DNA of 64,000 bases, taken from positions 151,345-215,344 of the forward strand of contig WELA01001098.1 in the NCBI GenBank assembly GCA_009602735.1, given 5' to 3'. Position 1 is the stretch's first letter. Every line of letters starts with the position of its first letter. Below the pieces are notes generated by a model. It was given only the letters and a program-made list of their open reading frames with translations, was not told the origin of the DNA and searched no databases. Positions 47,501 through 61,700 of this stretch are shown piece by piece. This stretch comes from Mesotaenium endlicherianum (taxonomy: Eukaryota). The position numbers were made by a program, and so were the translations under genes.

Positions 47501-50500
47501 CGCTTCTCGGACGCAATTGCTCTTCATACTTGCAGCAGCCCCTCCCTTTCCCTCTTGCAATCTCTTCCGCCCCTCCCCTTCTTCTTCACGTCTCCGTTCC
47601 CTGCCCCACCCTTCTCATTTGCTTGGGCTTGCACCCGCGAACGAGGGCACGTGCAGACCTTCACTTGTGCTCACACGCTGGCATGTGTGTGCGCACGCGC
47701 GCGCTCTCTTGCGCCTGTGTCAATCCGTGCGCTTGCGCGTGTTGGCACGGGTGCAGGTGGACACCTGTCGATGAAGATCCAGGACCACTTCGTGAAGGCC
47801 GTGACCCTCAAGGAGATCAACAAGGCCACCAAGAGCTTCAGCCAGGACAACCTGCTGGGCGAGGGCGGCTACGGCCAGGTGTACAAGGGCGTCACGCCAG
47901 ATGGCACCGTATGGGCCGTCAAGCGCTCCAGCCGCACCACCACGGCACGCGACCTGGCAGAGTTCCAGAACGAGGTGCGTGCGTGCTCGCACACGTGAAC
48001 CCCCCCCCNNNNNNNNNNNNNNNNNNNNNNNNNNNNNNNNNNNNNNNNNNNNNNNNNNNNNNNNNNNNNNNNNNNNNNNNNNNNNNNNNNNNNNNNNNNN
48101 NNNNNNNNNNNNNNNNNNNNNNNNNNNNNNNNNNNNNNNNNNNNNNNNNNNNNNNNNNNNCCTCTCCTTCCTCCTTGCCACTCTCCCCCCCTGCTAATAT
48201 TCCCCCTGCTTGCAGCACCCCTTCTTCTTCCTCCTGCCCCGTTCTCTCTGTGTATACTTGCATCTATGCGTTCGAAGTGTGTGAGATGTGTGAGTGCTTC
48301 TTCGTCTGAAGACTGACAACTTTACCCCCAATTCTCTCTCCCACCCTCCCTCTCTCCCTCTCCCTCTTCCTCCCTCCGTCCCTCGCTCCCCTCCCACGCC
48401 CATGATGCTGACTTTCGTGGGGCTCCGGCCGCTGCCGCCCCGCCGCCGCTCTTGTGTGTGTCCGTGTGTGCAGACGTGACGACGGTGCCGCTGACATGGA
48501 ACCAGCGCCTGGACATCGCCATCGGGGCCGCGCGCGGCCTGCACTACCTGCACTCCTTCGCACGCGAGCCCATCATCCACCGCGACGTCAAGTCCGACAA
48601 CATCCTCCTCGACAGCACGCTCCAGGTGCGCGCCACGTGCCTTACTACTCCCCCTCTCCCCTCCCCCCTTCTCCCCTCCCTCCCCCNNNNNNNNNNNNNN
48701 NNNNNNNNNNNNNNNNNNNNNNNNNNNNNNNNNNNNNNNNNNNNNNNNNNNNNNNNNNNNNNNNNNNNNNNNNNNNNNNNNNNNNNNNNNNNNNNNNNNN
48801 NNNNNNNNNNNNNNNNNNNNNNNNNNNNNNNNNNNNNNNNNNNNNNNNNNNNNNNNNNNNNNNNNNNNNNNNNNNNNNNNNNNNNNNNNNNNNNNNNNNN
48901 NNNNNNNNNNNNNNNNNNNNNNNNNNNNNNTCCCCCCCTCCCCCTCTTTTTCTCGGCCTGAGAAGTCCCTCTGGAGAGCTAGAAAGCAAAGAGAAGATCA
49001 ACAGGGAAAGGGGGATCGTTAGAAGAGGGAAGAAGAGATGAAAGAAAGTAAAAGGGGAGATGGAAATGGAGACCAAGATGCGAAGGAGGAACATTTGTTT
49101 CTGCGAGAGTCTTCTGGTTGGCCCCGCCAACACAGCTGCCTGCCTGTCTGCCTGCCTGCCTGCATGCTTGCGCACACAAAAGCTGCTGTGAGGCTGCAGT
49201 GCTATCGCTGTGTACTTACGTGACTGGATACGAATAAACGCTGGCGCGGCAGGCCAAGGTGGCGGACTTTGGGCTGCTGAAGAATCTGCCTATGGGCGAG
49301 GACGCGCCCAAGCACGTCACCACGCGCGTGGCCGGCACCTTCGGGTACCTGGATCCCGAGTACCAGGAGATCTACCGCATCACCGCCAAGAGCGACGTCT
49401 ACAGGTGGCGCCCCCCGCGCTCTCGTCCTCCCCCCCCTCCCCTCCTCGCCCCTTCACTGCGCTCTCCCCCCCACTTGCCCCCCCTCGGCTGCGCCCTCCC
49501 TCCTTATTCCTGCGTCCTCCTCCTCCTCCTCCTCCTCCTCCTACTCCTCCTACTCCTCCTCCTCCCCCTTATACTTCTAGTAAGGCTACTACCACTACAC
49601 TCTCTCACTCATCCTGCTGCTGCTGCTGCTGCTGCTGCTTCAACCGGCTCTGAGTTGGGAAATAGGCGTGTGCAGTGTGTGCGTGCGTGCGCGTGCGTGC
49701 GTGCTTCCTGTGCAAGAGAGTCCGTGCGCGCGCACGTGTGCTAAGCGTGTGTGCGTGCGTGTGCGCATGCCTGCGCGTGCTCGAGTGCTCGTGTCTGGGT
49801 TCGTGTGACGTGCTTGCGAGCGCGTGTGCGCGTGCGCGCGCGCGCATGTGGCTCTGTGCTTGCGCGTGCGTGAGTTCACACATCCGCGTTCGCACGCGTG
49901 CGCACGTGTGTGGGTGGGGCGTGCAGTTTCGGCGTGGTGCTGGTGGAGATCTTCACGGGCAAGGGGCCCATCATCCCGGACCCCGACAACCCCACGGAGC
50001 ACATCAGCCTCATCAAATGGGTGAGCAGCCCCCCGTCCCCCCCCTTTTCCTGTCCTTACCCGGCTTCCCCCCTTTTCCATTTCCCAACCTTCTTCCCCGC
50101 CCCCCCCCCCGCCGTCTGGGGGTCCGACTTTTCTCCTTCATCTGCCCTTTTCTTTTTGTTCTTTTCTCCAGCCTTGTTCTTCTGCGTCTTCTGCTTCCCT
50201 CCTTCATCAGGAAGCATCTGTTTTCCCCTTTTGTCGGTTCAAGATTGTCTACTTTCCCACCCCCTCCCTTCTCCCTGGTTTCGCTTCCTCCTCCGTCGCC
50301 GCCAGGCAGTGCCCGTGAGCGCGCTCTGCCGACAAAAGAAGAGAACCTCGAACTCTCTAGCTCACTTCTTCTCCTCCCTGGCGCCGCTCCCTCCCTCTCG
50401 CCGGCCGGCAGGTGGCCCCGCACATCGTTCGCTCACGCTTCAGATCATCATGAGAAGTATCATCGATATCTCTCGACCATTAGCCTTAATTCCCTGGCGT

Positions 50501-51355
50501 CGCCCCCCCTCCCCCCCGGGCAGGCGGTGCCGCACATCGCGAGCGCGCGCGCAGAACAATATTGTATAATGGATATTCTATTTGCAGTACACAATGCTTT
50601 GTGAAGTGATATCCCTTGCCATGTAACATTTTTCTTCTCTCCCCCCCCCCCCCCCCCCCNNNNNNNNNNNNNNNNNNNNNNNNCCCCCCCCCCCCCCGAG
50701 CAGGTGGTGCCGCACATGGTGAGCGCGTGCAAAATAATATATTCTGATATGCTCTGTACTCTTCCTCTCCTGCTCTCTCCTCCCCCATCCGGGCAGGTGC
50801 TGCCGCACAGAAAAGCACCATATGGAAAATAATACTGATATCTGTTTTCTTCCTCTCCTGCTCTCTCCCTCTCTCTCTTCGCCCCCTCTCCCCCCCGGGC
50901 GGCAGGTGGTGCCGCACATTGTGAGCGCGCGTGTGGAGAACATCGTGGACCCGGCGATGCCCACCACGTACAACGCGCAGGACGTGCACCGCCTGGGCAC
51001 TGTCGCGCTCTCCTGCCTGGCGCGCGATGCGTCGAACCGCCCCGACATGGAGGAGGTCGTGCGCAAGCTCGAGGACATCAAGGCGGCCGCCGCGTCGGGC
51101 GGCACGCTGGGCGGCAGCGTGGGGGGCGGCAGCGGCATGTTCGACTTCCAGATCGGCTCCGACTTCGGGAGTAACAGCCACGGCGGCGGCACCACCACGT
51201 CGACATCTGGCGGCGGTTCGTACGCTGGCCGCGGGCCATTCACGTCGGGATCGACGGCCACGCACTCGTTCGGCGACGTGGCGTACCCCCCCAGCATCCC
51301 CTCGGAGGTCGACCCCAGCTCCAACCAGATGACCTACAGCATGACTGCCAGATAA
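44511..51355 (+). CDS. Receptor-like Ser/Thr kinase (RLK/Pelle), spliced. Exons 44511-44685, 46014-46169, 47757-47974, [exon(s) missing, probably in the gap 48009-48160], 48474-48625, 49253-49404, 49927-50020, 50906-51355
   Basis: Signal peptide, TM followed by [48 protein letters not shown] and RPDM. GT-AG junctions are phase-consistent. Confidence 0.88.
45290..45485. repeat. Intronic (CTC/CTG)n low-complexity tract
   Basis: Direct reading. Confidence 0.85.
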
Positions 51356-51828
51356 GGCCCGGGCGGGCAGGCGGGCGGGCGGGGCGGGCGGCGCGTGTGC
51401 TCGCGCGCGTGCTGGCGAGCAGAGGGGTGGACGGGCAGGCGGGGGGGTAAGCGGGCGGGCAGGGGGGCGGATGGGCGGGTACGCGGACAGGGGGGCCAGG
51501 GAGGCGGGCGAGCGGGCAGGAAGGAAGGTAGGCACGGAGAGAGGGAGGAAGTACGACTGGGGCTGGTTGAATTGGAGCGCAGGCTGGTTGAATTCGGTCT
51601 TCATGGGGGTTGCTTGCAGCCTTGGGTGCTCTTGGAGAGGGGACGGACGCGTGCAGCCGGGGAGGAAAGATGGAATAGTTACATTGGAGTGCCGGCCTGG
51701 GGGGAAGGAAGGCCAGGTTCAAACAGGGGCTATGATCAAAAGCGGTGGGTGGAGGAGGGGGAGGGGGAGGGGAGGGAGGTGGGGGGTTTGAAGGAGGGTG
51801 GCGTGTGTCGGAGCAAATTAGAGGATCG

Positions 51829-54309
51829 CCGGATGGAGAGTGAATGCGTTTGCGGTGTGTGTGTGTGTGTGTGCCGATGAAGCCTGCTTTGGGTGTCGCT
51901 TTCTCGGCGGGCCGGGTTTTAGGAGGACAGCTGGCAAACCACGAGGGCGCTGCATGGTGCTCGCGCGTGCTCACGCATGCATGTGTGTGCGCGCTTGCTC
52001 GGTGGTGCCTTAGCCGGCCTAGCTTCTTGCACGTTCCTTGGAGCAGGTGTTTGCACCGACCAGGTGCCAGGTGTGCTTGCGGGTGCATGCGCGTGCGGCT
52101 CGCGGCGTTAAGTCTTATTCCCTTTACTTTTCGTGCTGATATACACAGCTATACGCCTGTTTTTCAGTATGTCATTAGTATTCACAGCTTGGAGACTCTG
52201 ACGAAGGTGCTCTGCATTCAAGGCTGAAGTGATGGCCCAGTCAAGGCCAATGGCGCAAAGCATTTGAACACATCATTTAGACGTAGTCAGAGGGTCCACT
52301 TTTTGCATGCACGCTATCTATTATGACTCATTGCATGGTCTTATGACAAAATGGCTTCCATTTTCCAGCTCGCCCCCATGGTTAGTCTATGGTTTTTATT
52401 AAGCAATATGTTTAAGTGTTTACTAGTGGTGCATGCTAAGAGACATATATTTGTAGCTCCAGCTCTTTTAACCATTATTATTTGAAATATGTGGTATTTG
52501 GCTTATATAAAGGGAGCCCCTGTTCTCATATGTAGAAAGATTGTGTGGTGGACCATATTGTGGTCTTCTGAAGGGTTACGCTTGGATCACGATGGGCATC
52601 AATACTTGGAGGAAACGTTCGTCGTTGACATCTGTGGCGCATATTTTAGCATGCTTTATCAGTGTGACAGACTCGATATGGTAACTTCTTGGCTTACTGC
52701 AATGTTTTCCGAAGGCTAGCTCCCTCCCAAAAAGAGGGGAGCCGTGTATTGCACTATTCTGATGTGTCACAAGTTATAAGCAATTAGAACTAGGGACATC
52801 AATACGCAGGCATCAACGTGATAGCCTGTGGTCATCGACCGCTTTCAATCTTGGCGAGGTCACATAGAACAGGAGGCAATGTGCATAAATATTGCAGGGT
52901 CTGCAAAGGCTCAATTATCGGTTATAGTAGTACTCAAGGTATCGTATGAAGCCTCGGTTGCATGCCCTTCCATGTTGTTTGAAGCTGTAATGTTGGAAAC
53001 TTTTGCTTTTTCTCGCATTCAATTTCCCAACACGTACCCCTTAAGATCATTGTAAAGTTCTTACATGCNCCGGATGGAGAGTGAATGCGTTTGCGGTGTG
53101 TGTGTGTGTGTGTGCCGATGAAGCCTGCTTTGGGTGTCGCTTTCTCGGCGGGCCGGGTTTTAGGAGGACAGCTGGCAAACCACGAGGGCGCTGCATGGTG
53201 CTCGCGCGTGCTCACGCATGCATGTGTGTGCGCGCTTGCTCGGTGGTGCCTTAGCCGGCCTAGCTTCTTGCACGTTCCTTGGAGCAGGTGTTTGCACCGA
53301 CCAGGTGCCAGGTGTGCTTGCGGGTGCATGCGCGTGCGGCTCGCGGCGTTAAGTCTTATTCCCTTTACTTTTCGTGCTGATATACACAGCTATACGCCTG
53401 TTTTTCAGTATGTCATTAGTATTCACAGCTTGGAGACTCTGACGAAGGTGCTCTGCATTCAAGGCTGAAGTGATGGCCCAGTCAAGGCCAATGGCGCAAA
53501 GCATTTGAACACATCATTTAGACGTAGTCAGAGGGTCCACTTTTTGCATGCACGCTATCTATTATGACTCATTGCATGGTCTTATGACAAAATGGCTTCC
53601 ATTTTCCAGCTCGCCCCCATGGTTAGTCTATGGTTTTTATTAAGCAATATGTTTAAGTGTTTACTAGTGGTGCATGCTAAGAGACATATATTTGTAGCTC
53701 CAGCTCTTTTAACCATTATTATTTGAAATATGTGGTATTTGGCTTATATAAAGGGAGCCCCTGTTCTCATATGTAGAAAGATTGTGTGGTGGACCATATT
53801 GTGGTCTTCTGAAGGGTTACGCTTGGATCACGATGGGCATCAATACTTGGAGGAAACGTTCGTCGTTGACATCTGTGGCGCATATTTTAGCATGCTTTAT
53901 CAGTGTGACAGACTCGATATGGTAACTTCTTGGCTTACTGCAATGTTTTCCGAAGGCTAGCTCCCTCCCAAAAAGAGGGGAGCCGTGTATTGCACTATTC
54001 TGATGTGTCACAAGTTATAAGCAATTAGAACTAGGGACATCAATACGCAGGCATCAACGTGATAGCCTGTGGTCATCGACCGCTTTCAATCTTGGCGAGG
54101 TCACATAGAACAGGAGGCAATGTGCATAAATATTGCAGGGTCTGCAAAGGCTCAATTATCGGTTATAGTAGTACTCAAGGTATCGTATGAAGCCTCGGTT
54201 GCATGCCCTTCCATGTTGTTTGAAGCTGTAATGTTGGAAACTTTTGCTTTTTCTCGCATTCAATTTCCCAACACGTACCCCTTAAGATCATTGTAAAGTT
54301 CTTACATGC
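51829..54309. repeat. 1240-bp tandem duplication around a single N (probable assembly artefact)
   Basis: 51829-53068 appears identical to 53070-54309; ORF translations are identical at offset 1241. Confidence 0.9.
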
Positions 54310-54926
54310 TTAACATATTCCAAGTTCCAAAATACCTTCTTCGAGAACCTTCGAGTGTAGCTTTTGTGAACTGGTATACATTCGAGTGGTAGGAAACAGT
54401 AACAGGAACAGTGACGACGCGTGCAGCTTCGAGCGACGCGTGCAACTTTGAGCGACGCAGTTCCGCAGAGTTTGCCGTACAGATTGTCTTGCAGAGACCC
54501 TCAAATGCACTCAAATTAACCCAAAACCAAATGGCCTCAAAGGGCGCACAACGTGTCGGGCAGTGCGCTGCGGCCCGCTTGCATCGCCAAGTATTGGGCC
54601 AGTCAGAGCCAGTCAGGGACCAGTCCTGAGAAGGGGCTCCAGGTCAACCGTTCCTGCACTGCCAGTCCCAATTTCGAGCTGCCTTATTAATTGCACGGCT
54701 TTTTCTGGAGCTCTAGTACCTGCGCAGGTGATGAGACCTTGCTGAGGGGAGTCAGGGCTCCATGAAGTTCCTATATCTGATTAAGGGCGCCCATTACGCA
54801 GCAACAACCATTGTCCTCTTTGCGTTTCGATGAGCCCCTAGTACTGCGACTCTATTGCTGGTGCGTCATGATGAAAGCATCTGCTTGTACCAAATTTCTT
54901 GAGGCACTCGGCGTGTCTTAGATAAG

Positions 54927-57900
54927 ATGATGGGCAGCGACCAGCACTTGTCAGTCCTTACGCGGGGCGTTGGACTTGCGGCTCCTTCTCCCTATAATAG
55001 GGCTCTTGCAGAGATTCCTCGGGCTTCCAATGGGGTAGGCAATTTGGGCTACATGCCAGACAGTCGGGAGGCTCACAGACAGCACCAGCCACTTTACCAG
55101 CAACAGCATCAGCAGCAGCACTATTTTCCGGAGACATGGCAACGGGATCCTATCCAGAAGGAAGATTTAAGTAAACCTGCAGGGTTTCATCAGCCTGGCC
55201 ATGATTGGTCCGGGTCCTGGTCTCCTTATTCCCAAGGTGGAGGTGCTTACAGTCATGAGGCTCAAGGTGAGGCTGAATGGAGAGGGGGAGGGGGTGTCAC
55301 GGGCTTTTCAAACCGACAAGAAGCGAGCATCGGGGAGAAGGACGAGCTTAGTCCGGGGGTAGACGATGACTTGCACGAAACTCTCCAGCTATGGCAGACG
55401 CTTCAGAACCGAACATCCGCCGGGTCAGAGGCACATGATGAGGACTATCTCAATGAAACGTCTCTGGATGCAGCATATGGCAGAGGGATTGGATCTGCAG
55501 TTGGGGATGGAGCTGACGAGAGGATGAGAAACAAGCCGGTAGCACAGCCACCAGAAACATCTAAGGCAATCTTTTCCAACCATGAGTCACCACCTTCGCA
55601 ATCAGGCCCTTCACATTCAGGAAGACACCCCGAAGCAGTCTCTGGTCAAACTCAGTTGAGTCCACCACCTTCGACAGGCGGTCAAAGCTTTGTTGACCCC
55701 GTTGGCCCCAAGCCTTCCACAGGTCAAATTCCATATGCTTCCCTTCTTGCTGACAAAACCCTTCTTCACCTGGGCCCTGCTCCCTCTGACCCCCTGGCTT
55801 TCCCAAGTAACATGAGTAACACAAGTAGGAGCTGGGATGTACATAACATAACGCCAGCTAGAACATTCTATGCCCCCAGGCTTCATTCCCCTGAGCCTGC
55901 ATCCCATACAGACGAGCCACATGCATCTATAGCAGAACCTCATAGGGAGCCGAAGAATCCGATGGATCCGACGGAGCCAAAGACGTTGAGCCTGAGCACA
56001 CATCAGCAGCGGAGGAGGGCCCACCCCCCCCTTCCTCCTTCTCCTGCTGCAACTGCAGTTGTAGATCTTACCGAGACCGACAGCGACGACGACGATGGCC
56101 AGCAGCCATTGCCTGGCCATGAGTATTGGGGGGGAGGGGCTGCTGTCAACGGGGTCTTCTCAAGGAGTGACCCTGGGAGTACGAGAATTGCGGCTTCAGA
56201 GGGTGGGGCCAACTACCTGGGGAAAAGGAAGGGTGTTGACCTCCCATTTCAAAGTGAAGCACCAGGCTCGGGTCAAGGTCAGGGCCAGGGTCAAGGTCAA
56301 AGTCAAGGTCAAGGTCAAAGTCTGACCCTGAAGCGACCCTTCAGGCTGCCGCAGAAATTCCAGCCTCCTCGCCCTGTGGGAGCTCTTGGGAGTGGTGGTA
56401 GCACACCCCAGGCTCCTCGCTCGTTCGAGGCCGTCGATCCGATGATCCAGCGACAGGGAAGTGGGGACCACGGTCTAGAGCCGCTTGAGAGTGGCGCACA
56501 CTCCCAGCATCAGCATCCGTATCACATGAAGAAGCATCATCACCACCATCAGCAGCATCAGCATCAGCATCAGCATCAGGAGCAGCAGCAGCAGCATCGC
56601 ACTAATACTGATCGTCAACATCACCATCATCATCATCATCATCAGCATCATCACCATGGCCATCATCCTTCAGGGAGTTCAGAAGCAGAGCCAGGGTTTG
56701 ATTCCTTTGGACCCCGCCCTGGCTGGCGCATGCCAGGCTCCAGGGGGGGGGCAGGGGATGCCATGATGTTACACAACGCCAGCTCAGCGCCAGATGCAGA
56801 GGCAGCAGCAAACCCCGCAGGAGCAGCAGGGGGGGGCGTGATTTCTTTCTCTAACTCCCCTCAAGCTGCTGCTCAGTACGCCTCAGCGGCAGGGTTCCTG
56901 CCTGCAGGGTTTATGCCAGCTTCAGCAGTCCCCCCCCAGGGGCTGCCCATGCCCCCTCCCGGGTTGAGCCTGCCCAAGCTGTCACCCCAGGAGGGCCAGG
57001 CCCTCCAGGGAGTCATGCAGGTGGGACTACTAATGCGGCATGTCACCATCATCGCGCACATCTCAGGCTTTGTATCAAGCTTTGTGATGTGCGTGTGATA
57101 CATGTTCATAAGAGGTGTGATGGTTTGTGACATGTGTCGTGTGCATGTTTGAGTAATGGGAGTCATGCGACGTTTGCTTCTTCATCGCTTCCTTGTTAGG
57201 AGAATGGGGCTGAGTGAGGAGGGAGAGGCCGGAGAGCACGTGAGCGTGAGCGCTGGTGGCTTGTGCTGGCCAGGCTCAGCCTGGCAGAGAGACCCTGCCA
57301 AGAGCCTCTCGCGCCCTTCAAGCTCCTTGAGCCTCTGCGTGGCCGAGAGATCGCGGCAAGGGCCCTCGAGACCTTCAAGCCCCTCGTGGGCCCTCCAGCC
57401 CCTCGAGCATCTGCGTCTCCTGTCGCCTGCCAAGCTGCTTCTTAGCTGCCGTGCGAGCGGCAGACAGACAGGCAGACAGACAGACGGACAGCGCTGGGTC
57501 TGTGAGAAATGGCAGCAGCCAGAGGCCCTCAAGCTGCATTCATGTTTGCTCGTCCGCCAAGCTGCTGCTCAGCTGCTGTGAGAGAGAGGGTGGGAGGGAG
57601 GGAGGGAGGGAGAGAGGGAGACAGAGATAGAGAGAGAGAGAGTAAGCGAGAAAGAGACAGAGACAGAGACAGAGACACAGTCAGAGACAGACGGTGCAGA
57701 CAGCGCTGTGGCTGGGGGGAACAGGAGGCAGGAGCCAGATGGCGTCGGATGATGACGTTTGTGGGACCCCCACGAGCATTTTTTTGCACTGGACCTTGTG
57801 CATCTCTGAAGCTCGTGTGTGTTCCTATGCTGTTTTGTTCTCTTGTGGTGTAGGGCTACCTGGCGGGCGCCAGCAGGGACGAGCTCGAGGTGGCGGAGGG

Positions 57901-58411
57901 CCTCATGTCTGTGCCCCTCCTGAAGCACCAGGTGAGCCGCCAGGCTGGCAGGCCGCCAGGCTGGCAGGCTGCCGGCTGGCCCCTATCCAGGCGTGGCGTG
58001 GCCTAGCCCCCCCTCCTCCACGCGGTGTTCCTGCAATGATTTTTTGCTACTTCATCTGCATGTGCCACGCAGGCGGGCATTTGCAGAAGCCCACGTACGC
58101 GTGGGGGCGCGGTGGCGTCGTGCGCGTGCCCCCGCACGCTGGCGGTGCGTGCCTGTGTGCGCGCGCGCTTATGCGCTCCTGGTGCACCTTGGGCAGTGGA
58201 TGTGAACGTACTCTTGGGAGGCGTCATCTGCCGCCTGTGCCCGACGTCTGATTAGTATTTGGGCCGTTGGATGGGCTTGGGTGCCACCACCAGAAGCTTG
58301 CGCTGGCGTGGATGATGAAGCGTGAGGCGTCGCATCCGGCCGGGGGCATCCTCGCTGACGACCAGGTGCGCTGCACCTTGTCACAAGCATGCGCGCGCCG
58401 CACACACACAC

Positions 58412-58459
<48 letters not shown>

Positions 58460-58520
58460 CGCGCGTATGCTCCTGCATGCATGCGCGCGTGTTCAAGCAC
58501 ACACACCCACACACACGCGC

Positions 58521-58555
<35 letters not shown>

Positions 58556-58689
58556 GCGTGTACACACACACGTACATGTATACACACACGTGCACGCGCG
58601 CACACACACATACGTGTACACACACACGTCCCCACACTACGTGCACCCGCGCACACATGCATACACACATGTACACGTGCTCCCGCTTA

Positions 58690-58740
<51 letters not shown>

Positions 58741-61700
58741 ACACACATTCACACACAGACATATTTGGTCACACACACACCCGCACCAAAAACAGATGTT
58801 TGCATTCATATAGGAGTACCGGGGCTGGATTGCGAGGGTCTGCTCAGCTGCACATATTCCCCATCGTTGATCTTGTCACTCATGCGGCGGCGGGTGGGCT
58901 TTCTGGGACAAGCTGCGGGTTGGGCGGGCCGGCGGGCGGCAGGGCCTTGGCAAGACCATCTCCACCATCGCCCTCATCCTCAAGGGCGGCGCCCGCTCCG
59001 GGCAGGCTCACAGAGCGGTGCCAGCGGTTGCACACATGCCAGGTGGCAGCACGCCGTCCGCCGGCACCGCCATGGTGGATCTTGTTGAGATCCACGACCA
59101 CGACGATGACGACGAGCAGCAGCAGCAGCAGCAGCAGGGCCGCCAGGGAGAGCGCGCCCCCGCGGGGGCGGCGGGGGGGGGCTTACAGCTGGCAGCGCCG
59201 CTGCTGGCCCCCTTAGCCCCGCCCTCTCACGTTGCAAAGCAAAACCCCCGACTAAACCTGGGCCTAAACCCCGACCAAAATCCCATGCTTAACCCCAGCG
59301 TGCCTCAAAGCATGACATCGGGTTGGGCCCCTCTCGCCCACATGCTTCTCCAGGGAGAGGGGCAGAGTCGCGCTCAGGGGGAGGCTCGACGGGGGCAGGA
59401 GGGGCGCGCTTGCAGCAGGCTGGAGGAGGCAGCTTCCCTCCTGGACCGTTTCAGGCACGGGTCAGGCTTGGGGGCCCGGCATCAAGAGCAGCAGTACGAG
59501 GAGGGCGATATCCTTGCTGGCGGCACCACGCGCAGGCAAACGAACGGGGGCCACCGGCCGCTGTTGCCCGGCTTCCTGACAGGTGGCATGTCCTTGGGGG
59601 CTTGTGGCAGTGCCACCTGGCAGGGAGCCTTTGAAGCTCGGTCAGCACCCCCGGGGATGGCTCATGGGACTGAAGCTGAGATTGAGGCTGAGGCTGAGGC
59701 TGAGTCAGGGGCAGAAGCTCCCCTCCTTCACTCGTCGCAGTTTGGGTGGGTGGGGATCGACAGGGGAGGCGCTGACGCCCTTGAGACAGACGCGCAGGCT
59801 GTGGATGGGTTTTTGAGAGGCCTAGGTGGCGGTCAGGTGGCGCAAGCGGAGGGGAGCGGGAGTGAGAAGGGGGGCGGTGAGATGGCGGAGGGGATTGGCG
59901 TTATCGAGAGCATAGAAGGGGGGGACTCGCTAATGGAGGAGCTTCTGTCAGGCTCGCTGCCGGCTAATGCTGGGCTGCGAGCTGGCACCCCTGCCGCCAG
60001 CAAGGCTCCCCTCGGCAGGGGCAAGAAGACCGCGGCCGGCAGAGCTGCGAGCGCGGCGGCGGCAGCGCCGGCAGCGAAGCCGCTGCCAGCTGGCGCCGTC
60101 TCGAGGCCGGCAGCTGGCACGCTCATCGTGTGCCCCACGAGTGTGCTGCGGCAGTGGGCCCAGGAGCTGCGCGACAAGGTCGCGCCAAGTGTTGGCGTCT
60201 CAGTGCTCGTCTACCACGGGCCCGGTCGCACGCGGGACCCCGCCAAGCTGGCGGCCTTTGACGTGGTCCTCACGACGTTCTCAATCGTCAGCATGGAAGT
60301 TCCCAAGCAGCCCCTCCCTGAGGAGAAGGAGGAGAGGGAGCGGGAGCGGGAGAGGGAGAGAGAGCGCGAGAGGGAACGGGGAATCCTTGAGAGGGAGGGG
60401 GGCATGGGAGCGCGCGGAGAGTATGGCCTGAGCGGGGGGGGTGCTGAGCTGGCGCTGGATGCGTACGCGGGGGGGTGGAGGAAGCATGGTGACCGGGGTG
60501 GTGGCGGCTTCGGGGGCAAGAAGGGGGGGGCCGGGGGTGGGGGCAGTGCGGGGAAGGGGAAGGGGAAGGGGAAGGTGAAGGCGCTTGTCGGCGGCGGTGG
60601 CGGGCCACGGGACGACGGCGCGCTGCCACCTGGCTCCGGGACCCTGGCACGCGTGGCGTGGTTCCGAGTTGTGCTGGACGAAGCACAGAGCATCAAGAAC
60701 TGCCGCACTCAGGTGAGTGCAAGCTTTCCTCCGCTCTCTGCTCCTGCCTCTGCCTCTGCCCCGGCCTCTGCCTCTGCACTCAGGTGCGTGCAAATCCTCT
60801 TCCGCTATCTGCTGCCGCTGCCACTGCCCCTGCCCCTGCCTCTGCCTCTGCCTCTGCGTCTGCCTCTGCCTCTGTCTCTTTCTCCACCTCTGCCTCCGCC
60901 TCTGCGTCTGCCTCTGCCTTTGCGTTAGGTGAGCACTCCCCTGTGATCTTTGCCCCCGCCGCCGCCCCTTACCTGCCTCCGCCTCTTCTGCGGTCCTTGC
61001 CTCTGCTCTTGCCTCTGCCCCAACCTCACCGCCGCCGCTGCCTCTGCCTCTCCTTCTGCCTCTAGTGCCCCCTTGGCCTGAGCATGTGGCTTGAGAATCG
61101 GATGATCGAGTGCTGACTCACTGACAAACTGATCACTGACTGACCGGCCGGCCGGCTGACTGACCGGCTAACTAAGTATGTTTGTGCTGTCGGGTGCACT
61201 CCCGCATGCACCGGGCGCCGTATGCGGCGTCCCGTCAATCTCTTGCTTTTGCTCCTGCTCCCGCACCTCCCCTCGTGCCTCCGTTGGGAGCCCTCGTGCT
61301 GACCTGTGGGTAGTTGTGGCTGCGCTGTGCTATGATGCGCTGTGCTATGCTGCGCTGAGCTGTGGCTTTGTATGGCGCTGTCACTTTGGTCTTCTTACGG
61401 TGCTCGCTGCTGCTCTCCTCCGCTGCTGCACTCCTCCGCTGTGTCCCCCCCCCCCCCTACCGTGCCAGGTGGCGCGCGCGTGCTGGGGCCTGCGCGCGAA
61501 GAAGCGGTGGTGCCTGTCGGGCACGCCCATTCAGAACTCCATCGACGACCTGTACAGCTATTTCCGCTTCCTGCGCTACTCGCCGTTCGACGAGTTCCGC
61601 GCGTTCCGCGTGCAGGTCAAGGACCCCATCCAGCGCAACCCTGGCGCGGGCTTCAAGCGGCTGCAGGCCATCCTGCAGGCCGTCATGATGCGCCGCACCA

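Noticed and set aside
51829..54309. 1.24-kb perfect tandem duplication
   Set aside because: The copies appear identical and are separated by a single N, typical of an unmerged contig overlap.
58169..59216. His/Thr- and Cys/Val-rich ORFs
   Set aside because: Translations of intronic (CA)n repeats.
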